Part shown: one piece after another, positions 13,163-20,966 of the stretch
How positions within the stretch are numbered: position 1 is the stretch's first letter
How the letters are laid out: each line of letters starts with the position of its first letter
Assembly: GCA_002104945.1 (NCBI GenBank)
Contig: MCFH01000121.1
Coordinates: forward strand, 1-37,015
From: Piromyces finnis finn
Lineage: Eukaryota > Fungi > Neocallimastigomycota
DNA length: 37,015 bases
Direction of reading: 5' to 3'
The notes under the pieces: model-generated
Databases searched by the model: none
What the model was told of the DNA's origin: nothing
What the model saw: only the letters and a program-made list of their open reading frames with translations
Program-made: the position numbers and the translations under genes

Positions 13163-13880
13163 ACTCAAAAAACTAAGAAATGAACTCTCAAGAGAGTCTA
13201 AGAGAGTTCATAATACAAAAATAATACATTACAACTTTCCTACATATGACTCTAAAATAAATAAAAAATTGCCTACAACATTTTTCAACTTTAAATTTTT
13301 TATCCCAATTAAATTAAACAAACTTTATGATTTAAAAAATTCAATTAATAAAAATCAATACAATTTAATTTTAGATAGTGGCTCATATTGCAACTTTATT
13401 TCAATCAACTTGGTCAATAAATTAAAACTAAAACCACACAAATTATTACACTCAATTGAAATAAATGGAATTAGTGGTTCAATATTTATTGATACATACA
13501 CCTTCTTATATTTTAAGACTACTATCTATATTAATCATTCAAAATTTTTAATTACTTTTAAAGAAAAATTTCTAATTATTAAAAATCTTCCAACAGATTT
13601 GTTATTAGGCAATAAATTTTTACACAAATATCAACTACATTTTAATTATAATAAAAATTTTGTATATTCAAGTTTAAATTTTAACAATTTTAAAAAATTA
13701 AATTCTAATAAAATTATATATAAAATTAATAAAAACCGATTGAATAAATCCAAAAATTTAAAAATTAAAAACATTAATCATAATAAATTAACTTCCAATA
13801 CATCTTTTAATAATTTGAAAAATTACTCTAAACCAAAATATCAAAATTTCAGCTATAATTACTTATTCACTCATTTTTAG
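13140..13880 (+). CDS. Family A aspartic protease segment (separate frame in this sequence)
   Basis: LILDSGSYCNFIS catalytic motif and DLLLGNKFL helix motif typical of retropepsins. Confidence 0.85.
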   Translation: MSIKFKDELKKLRNELSRESKRVHNTKIIHYNFPTYDSKINKKLPTTFFNFKFFIPIKLNKLYDLKNSINKNQYNLILDSGSYCNFISINLVNKLKLKPHKLLHSIEINGISGSIFIDTYTFLYFKTTIYINHSKFLITFKEKFLIIKNLPTDLLLGNKFLHKYQLHFNYNKNFVYSSLNFNNFKKLNSNKIIYKINKNRLNKSKNLKIKNINHNKLTSNTSFNNLKNYSKPKYQNFSYNYLFTHF

Positions 13881-16873
13881 CTAATAGTGAAAAAGATTAT
13901 AATACTGATGATGAAGATGATAATGAAGAAGACTTCAAATTAGAAGAAGTACCAGAACCATATCGTGATTTAGCGGAAGTTTTCAGCAAGGTTAAGGCTG
14001 ATAAACTACCACCACATAGGCTAACGGATTGTAAAATCGTTTTACAAAAAGATGCTTCTTTACATTATGGTCCTATATATCCTCTATCTGAAGATGAATC
14101 CCAAGTTCTTAAAGAATACATAGATGAAAATCTCAAGAAAGGATTCATTAGACCATCTGAATCTCCAGCTGGTTATCCTGTTTTATTTCAGAAAAAGAAG
14201 GATGGATCGTTACGTCTTTGTATTGATTACAAAAAATTAAATGCAGTTACAATTCGCAATTCTTACCCACTTCCTCTAATTACTGATATTATCGAAAGAG
14301 TGAAAGGTGCTAAATTCTTTTCAAAATTAGATCTTCGTTCTGCTTACAATTTAGTGCGTATTCGTGAAGGAGACGAATATAAGACAGCTTTTAGAACTAA
14401 ATATGGTCACTATGAATATTTAGTAATGCCTTTTGGTTTAAGAAATGCCCCTGCTACATTTCAATCATTTATTAATTCAGTATTACGCCCTTATTTAGAA
14501 AAATTTGTTATTTTATATTTAGATGATATTCTGATTTACTCGGAAACATTAGATGAACATATACAACATGTTCGTACTGTTCTCCAAACATTGCTCAAAA
14601 ATAATTTATTTGCTAAATTAAAGAAATGTGAATTTCACAAGCCAGAAGTTGAATTTTTAGGACACGTTATATCAGGCAATGGTATATCTACTGATCCAAA
14701 GAAAATTAAATCTGTCCAAGAATGGCCTACACCTAATTGTGTAAAAGATGTTCAACGCTTTGTTGGATTATGCAACTATTATAGAAGATTTATAAAAGAT
14801 TTTGCTACTATTGCTAAACCGCTTCACAATTTAACAAAGAAAAATACTAGTTTTAATTGGAATGATAAATGTAATAACTCATTTTTAGAATTAAAAAAGA
14901 GACTAATCTCTTCACCTATTTTATTACATCCAGATCTAACCAAACCATTTATTGTCGAATGCGATGCTAGTAATTTTGCCATTGGTTGTATACTTTCTCA
15001 AAAGGATGAAGATAACAAATTACATCCTGTAGCATATTATTCAAGATGTTTAAACAATGCTGAATTAAATTATTCAATTACTGAAAAGGAACTTTTAGCT
15101 ATAAAATGTGCATTTTCTACCTGGAGACATTTATTACTAGGTGCTAAATACCAAGTAACCGTTTTTACTGACCATAAAAACCTTCTATACACCTTAGGTG
15201 GTAAAGTCGGAAACCAACGTCAACATCGTTGGCATTTATTTTTCCAAGAATATAATTTTCAATTAATATACCGCCAAGGAAGAAAAAATGGTAAACCTGA
15301 TAGTTTGTCAAGAAGACCTGATTACGAGAAAAATAATGTTGAACCTAAACCAGAACATATATTAGATTATAAAAACGTTCCCGATACTCCATGTTTTGTT
15401 GGTATTGTTGGTTCTCTCATTGATCAAATAATAGAAAATTATAAGGATGATGAAAATGCGAATAATATTTATCTTTACTTTAGTCCTAATAATGCTAATC
15501 AAGGTTACTTTTACAGACCTTTCAGAAAAATGGAAAAATTTAAAATAAAAAATAATTTAATTTTATATAATAATTTAATTTATGTACCAGAAAAACTTCA
15601 TGTAGATATTTTAACCAGGTACCATGATAACGCTACTGCTGGACATTTAGGTATTCGAAGAACTGAAGAACTAATTAACCGTAATTTTTGGTGGCCCAAA
15701 ATGCATCAAGATATCGTAAATTTTGTCAATTCTTGCGAACAATGTTCCAGAAATAAAGTTAATAGACATAAAAGATATGATCTTTTAAGACCTTTAGAAA
15801 TTCCTGATCGCCCTTGGAAATCTATTGAAATCGATTTTCTTTGTGGTCTCCCTGAATCAAAAAAGTTTTCCGTTATAATGGTTGTTGTAGATCGCTTTTC
15901 AAAAATGATTCACCTTATTCCGTTCAAAGAAATACCTACAGCTGAAGAAACTGCCAAAGCTTTCCTAAAAAATATTTTTAAACTCCATGGACTACCTACA
16001 GATATTTATACGGACAGAGGAACACAATTTACTAGTGCTTTATGGATAGAAATTATGGAAAAATTGCGTGTTAAGCCAAAAATAGCTACCACAGATCACC
16101 ATGAGACCGTTGGTCAAGTAGAACGTTGTAACTCTTTCATTGAACAATATTTACGTTGCTACTCAAGAACATTTTTCCACGATGACTGGATTGAATGGTT
16201 ACATCTAGCTGAATTTGTTTATAATAATACTGTTCATGAATCTACAAAACAAACTCCATTTTTCATTAATTATGGATTCCACCCACCTATGGATGATGTC
16301 TTTTTGTTTCAAGGTTCTGATTCAAACTTTAAATACATTAAAGATGTTAGTAAAAATTTCCTTTTAGTTAAAGATGTTTTGCTTAGATCTCAAGATTTAT
16401 ACAAAAGAGCTGCCGATAAGAAAAGAATTATTGCTCCTGAATTGAATGAAGGACAAAAAGTTTGGATTCATGCACCTCCTGCTTTTGCTACTACTGAAAA
16501 TGCCAAACTAGCGCCTCGTAAGTATGGTCCTTACAAGGTTTTAGAAGTTTTAAACAATGGTAATTATAAAATAGATATTTCAAAATCACCTTTTCCAAAA
16601 CACCACCCTGTATTTCACATATCGGAACTTGAACCTTATGTATCTACGCCAGATAAATTTAAAAATAGATTTAAATATAAAGAAACTAATGCAGAAATTA
16701 TAGAAATTGGTGACTTTAGGACAAATTATAAAGAAAAACGCTACGAATATAAAATTCGTTATAAACACCGCCTAAGTTGGCACTGGGTTCCTGCTACAGT
16801 AATAGAAAGTGACCCAAGATATCAAGAATTATTAATTCAATTCAATAAAAGTATTAGAAAACACAAAATCTAA
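13859..16873 (+). CDS. pol: Family A RT-RNaseH-integrase with chromodomain-like tail (frame is open from 13859, upstream of the listed 14300 start)
   Basis: LPPHR, RLCIDYKKLN, YLDD (14516-14527), ECDAS, HDNATAGH...CEQC, IEIDF, TDRGTQF, GQVERCN, GPY motif; no internal stop from 13859 to 16873. Confidence 0.95.
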   Translation, partial: LLIHSFLANSEKDYNTDDEDDNEEDFKLEEVPEPYRDLAEVFSKVKADKLPPHRLTDCKIVLQKDASLHYGPIYPLSEDESQVLKEYIDENLKKGFIRPSESPAGYPVLFQKKKDGSLRLCIDYKKLNAVTIRNSYPLPLITDIIERVKGAKFFSKLDLRSAYNLVRIREGDEYKTAFRTKYGHYEYLVMPFGLRNAPATFQSFINSVLRPYLEKFVILYLDDILIYSETLDEHIQHVRTVLQTLLKNNLFAKLKKCEFHKPEVEFLGHVISGNGISTDPKKIKSVQEWPTPNCVKDVQRFVGLCNYYRRFIKDFATIAKPLHNLTKKNTSFNWNDKCNNSFLELKKRLISSPILLHPDLTKPFIVECDASNFAIGCILSQKDEDNKLHPVAYYSRCLNNAELNYSITEKELLAIKCAFSTWRHLLLGAKYQVTVFTDHKNLLYTLGGKVGNQRQHRWHLFFQEYNFQLIYRQGRKNGKPDSLSRRPDYEKNNVEPKPEHILDYKNVPDTPCFVGIVGSLIDQIIENYKDDENANNIYLYFSPNNANQGYFYRPFRKMEKFKIKNNLILYNNLIYVPEKLHVDILTRYHDNATAGHLGIRRTEELINRNFWWPKMHQDIVNFVNSCEQCSRNKVNRHKRYDLLRPLEIPDRPWKSIEIDFLCGLPESKKFSVIMVVVDRFSKMIHLIPFKEIPTAEETAKAFLKNIFKLHGLPTDIYTDRGTQFTSALWIEIMEKLRVKPKIATTDHHETVGQVERCNSFIEQYLRCYSRTFFHDDWIEWLHLAEFVYNNTVHESTKQTPFFINYGFHPPMDDVFLFQGSDSNFKYIKDVSKNFLLVKDVLLRSQDLYKRAADKKRIIAPELNEGQKVWIHAPPAFATTENAKLAPRKYGPYKVLEVLNNGNYKIDISKSPFPKHHPVFHISELEPYVSTPDKFKNRFKYKETNAEIIEIGDFRTNYKEKRYEYKIRYKHRLSWHWVPATVIESDPRYQELLIQFNKSIRKHKI

Positions 16874-17782
16874 TTCTTTAAATTGCATTTCAACAATTTT
16901 ATTTTTTAAAAATTTATTAATATCTTTCACTAACATTATGTTTTATTATAATTTGTATTACTCATCTAATACATTTCAACACAAATTTCAAAAATTTTTT
17001 TCTATGAATGTTAAATTTCAATTCAATAATTTTTGATCCAACAATTTTATCAATTTATTTAATTTAAAACACAAAATTTTTATAATGAAAATTAAATATT
17101 TAAAGAGAATAATTTTCAATTTATTTTAGCAGTACAATTACAAATATTTATATGTTGTTAATGCTTATTTTATTCTCTATTCAATAGTATCAATTTCAAT
17201 ATTGTCACCATCTCGATCGATCATTAAAATCAATATTCTTTCAGTGACATTTTTTCAAAAAGTTTAGTTCAAAATTTTTTTTGTATTTAATGAAAAAATT
17301 TTTTATTATTAAAAATTTTTCAAAAATTTCAAAAATTTTTTTTTCAAAATCATATTAATTAAAGTTTATTTGATCAATTTTTGAAATTTCAATTATTTTA
17401 GCAAATGTTAACATTTTTCAAAAATAAAAAGTGTTTCAATATCCTAGGAATAATATTTCTTATTCAAATTTTAATTTTTCGTACGAATTTCAATTTTTTC
17501 ACTCAATGATCAATTTAAATTTCAACATTTCTTTCAAAAATTTTATGAATTTGACTGAATGTTACACAAGAAAATGTTTTTTAATTTTATTTCATATATT
17601 GCAATATATTCAACATATTATATTAAATATATTCTTTATTTAGTTACCATTTTATTTCATGTTACACATACAACTATATATTGGTTTATATTTAATATAT
17701 ACTACTTCAATTTATTTCAATTATACTTTATTATACAACTTTATTTTATATTATTTCAATCGCCTGGTATTCGATTTTTTTT

Positions 17783-17792
17783 GGCGGAGCGA
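17783..17792 (+). promoter_or_regulatory. Family A polypurine tract (GGCGGAGCGA)
   Basis: Purine-rich decamer directly abutting the LTR start TGTCACG; identical in the three copies that retain internal sequence. Confidence 0.65.
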
Positions 17793-18826
17793 TGTCACGA
17801 ATACTAGTGAAATTACAATTTCAAGATCACTTGGAATTGTGAAATCACTTATGAAAATTCAAAATCAACAAATATTTTATTTTCAAATAAATTATAAAAT
17901 TTTATTAAGAAATATTTAAAAATTTAGAAAAGGTTAAAATATGACCTTAACCCTTAATAATTTTTATAATAAATAACTTTAACCCTTATCGTTAAAATGG
18001 AATAAGAAAAAAACACGCGTATCTCCTCAACGAATGACGATTTTTGAATAAAAATATTTTGGTTATAATTACGTTCGTTAGAAAGCCACGCTCGAGACAA
18101 ACAACATATCTTAAAATCATGTCAATATCTCTGCTGGTTCACGAGATATTCCAATTTAAAGATATTTTGTTAGCAATGATTAATTGTTTATTCAGAGAAT
18201 GATCACCCCTGATATATCAAACATAAATCATTCACTCAAAGTATAAAAAATTATTGTTTAATTAAATTAAAATTATTTTCCGGAACTAATTAACTTTATT
18301 TTATAATAATTATTTCAATAACATAATTTATAATCTTTGAACTAGAGGATTATAATTATTAATATTATATTCAATGAATTATATTATAATTAAGAAATAA
18401 TTAATATTATGAATATTATAAACAATAGTTATTTTTTAATAATTAGGAATAAGTCTTAAGTTTAGTTTAAGTATTATAAAATATATTATGAATATAATCA
18501 TGTATTGAAAAGTTATTTTATTATTAAATGTAAAATTACAAATAGTATAAATAGTTTAGAATAGTTTTATGAATTAAATCTTTGTAAAGATTATTAACTT
18601 ATTAATACTTAATAAGTATTACTATTAAATAATCTTATTATTATATATATTCTTTAAATAAAATAAAAAGGAATTATTTTAACTATAATACATAATTTAA
18701 TTATTCATTTATAAATCAATTAAGATTATTTTAATAAAACATTTTTTTTCTAACCTAGTTATCTTTTAACCTTTTATTTAATTTAATATTTTAATATTAA
18801 ATTATAAGTTTAGTAAAACTTTTACA
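17793..18826 (+). repeat. Family A 3' LTR, 1034 bp
   Basis: TGTCACG...CTTTTACA; both ends are confirmed by the TSD-flanked solo copy at 25873-27004. Confidence 0.95.
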
Positions 18827-19641
18827 GAATTAACCTTCAACTATTTATATTCCTTACTAGTGTTTAACTCTATTTTTAAAATATAAAAATTATAATATAT
18901 AATTTTTATACATTTTTCTAGTAATTATTCATATTTTTATTATATAGTTATATTATTTGTATATAGTTATTTAAGACCTTTATTATTAGTATTAGTATAA
19001 TTACTTATAATATTTTATACTTATAAATTTTACAAAATTTTATTATTAAAATAGTTATAGGAATTTTATTATTATTTAAGGTTTATTTTATTAATTAACT
19101 TTATTGTATAATATTTTATAATTTGAAATTATGACATAGAATTTAATTATAATTTTTACTAAAAGAGGCAACTGTTACACACAAAACAGAAGATACCTCG
19201 ACAGAAAAATTATTATTTATGTCTAAAAAAGGGCATAATTAATTGAATAATATAATTTTATTATATGTCATAATTAAATATATAATATATGATATGCAAA
19301 AATGTTACACATATCATAAATTAAAATTTTATTAATTATAAATTAAAAATTTTTCTATTCAAATATTAAGAGATTATTCATAATATATATTAAGGATTTA
19401 ATTAATATATGTTACAGTGAATGATCCATATATTATGAATGAAATCAATTTAAATCCTTAGCTATCCAAAACCATTAAATTTCAAATAATGGATAGTTGG
19501 AAAAAGTACGAGGATTTTTGAGAAAATTTTTAAAAATTGAAAAATCAAAAAATAAATTAAATGAATAAAAATTAAAATTAAATAAATTTTTATTTTTATA
19601 ACTATTCAAGTGTTTTGTGATATCTTATTTGAACCGTAGCA
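18827..19641 (+). repeat. Family C 5' LTR (5'-truncated by family A)
   Basis: 815 bp, same length and no visible difference from 25003-25817; ends CCGTAGCA. Confidence 0.93.
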
Positions 19642-19648
19642 TAATTAA

Positions 19649-19656
19649 TGGTAGAG
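19649..19656 (+). promoter_or_regulatory. Possible primer-binding site TGGTAGAG of family C
   Basis: TGG-initiated octamer 7 nt after the LTR end, resembling the tRNAiMet-type PBS (TGGTAGC...). The spacing is longer than usual. Confidence 0.3.
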
Positions 19657-20057
19657 ATATCGGGGATAATAATAACATATTGATATCACACTACATTTTT
19701 ATAGTTACTTTTATAATTGTTTTTGTATTATTATTTAATTAAAATAGTTAATAATTCAAAAGAGGGTTATACTAGTATAATAAAAAGTTATATACTTCAA
19801 GGCACAAATTAAAATAGTTAATAGAGAGAAATTAATATTGTTAATTGGTGCAGTTAAGGAAGTATTTTATATTGGTATTACTAGTTTAACTAAAGAGAAT
19901 AATTATTAGTGTTGTTAATTAAATATATTTCAAATATTGTTGTAATTCATTCTTTTAAATTCTTATAAAAGAAAATTATTTTTTTTTAAACTTGTTTCAT
20001 TCTTTAATATTATTGTAAAATTGTATTTTTATCTTTATTTAAAACTTGTATATAAAA

Positions 20058-20966
20058 ATGAGTACGGGAGCTGATAAATCTATTGACTTTGCTAAATTAA
20101 TGAAGGAATTAAAGCATGTCACTAGATTAACCGAAGATAATTTGGACATTAAGACTTGGTATAGTCAATTAAAGTATTGGACTATGCTTCAAGATGTTAA
20201 AAGTCCAAAAATGGTGTTTCTAGCTTGTTTGTTTACTACTACAGGAACACCAAATGAACTTATTCAAGAGTTGAATCCTAATAAGGACTTCGAAAGTGAT
20301 GAAGACAGTGAAGATAGTGATGAAGAAGATGAAGGTAGAGGAAAGAGAAGAGCTCACTACCCTTCCCTTAAAAAGATAGTCACTATGTTAGAAGAATTTT
20401 ATGGAGTAAAGGAAGATCAAATAGAACTTCTCAAGGAGCTTAGGGATATGCGAATCAAAAAGAATGAAAAAGTAAAAGACTTCAACATAAGGTACCGTTC
20501 CTTGTATGTCAAACTAGACAAGAAGCGTAGAAGGAAAGTAGATGTTGAAGATTACTTAGATTCCATTGAGCCTAACTATAAAGCCTGGGAAAATGTGCGT
20601 AGGGAAAAAGAAGTTACCTTAGCAGAAGCCTACAAGCTTGCCGAAGATGGGGACAGACTAAATTTAAGAAATCGTCATAAAGCTAACAATTATGATGTAT
20701 CCACCTCTTCTAACTCTGATAAAAGATATAAAAATAAATATGAAAGAAAAGAAGATAGCTATGAAAGGAACAAGAAGCCAACAATAGCGAATTATGGTAA
20801 TGATAAGAAAGATCCTATGAATGAGTTGACGGAGAAAATGAGAAACTTAACTATCAAAACTTGCTACTTTTGCAACGAGAAGGGACACTTTCAATATCAT
20901 TGTCCTAAGCTGAGTGCCATAGTAGAAGAAAACAAACAAAAGGCCAGAAAAGGTCATTTAAATTAG
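20058..20966 (+). CDS. gag: Family C Gag (302 aa from ATG 20058)
   Basis: LKELRDMRIKKNEKVKDFNIRYRSLY capsid-like motif; zinc knuckle CYFCNEKGHFQYHC at 20862-20903. Confidence 0.9.
   Translation: MSTGADKSIDFAKLMKELKHVTRLTEDNLDIKTWYSQLKYWTMLQDVKSPKMVFLACLFTTTGTPNELIQELNPNKDFESDEDSEDSDEEDEGRGKRRAHYPSLKKIVTMLEEFYGVKEDQIELLKELRDMRIKKNEKVKDFNIRYRSLYVKLDKKRRRKVDVEDYLDSIEPNYKAWENVRREKEVTLAEAYKLAEDGDRLNLRNRHKANNYDVSTSSNSDKRYKNKYERKEDSYERNKKPTIANYGNDKKDPMNELTEKMRNLTIKTCYFCNEKGHFQYHCPKLSAIVEENKQKARKGHLN

Larger units (their letters stand above)
12850..18826 (+). mobile_element. Family A Ty3/Gypsy element, right copy (5'-truncated in gag, no 5' LTR)
   Basis: Partial gag, PR, long intact RT-RH-IN ORF, ~920 bp 3' UTR, PPT and a TGT...ACA LTR. 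Confidence 0.95.

Noticed and set aside
17431-17919. Short ORFs in the family A 3' UTR/LTR (also 7743-8072 and 36002-36490) as env-like or accessory genes
   Set aside because: Overlapping I/F/Y/N/L-rich translations of AT-rich DNA with no motif; they recur only because the copies are near-identical.
6838-18826. Simple single-molecule fold-back artefact
   Set aside because: The outer flanks and at least one LTR substitution differ between the arms. A misjoin between two loci remains possible.
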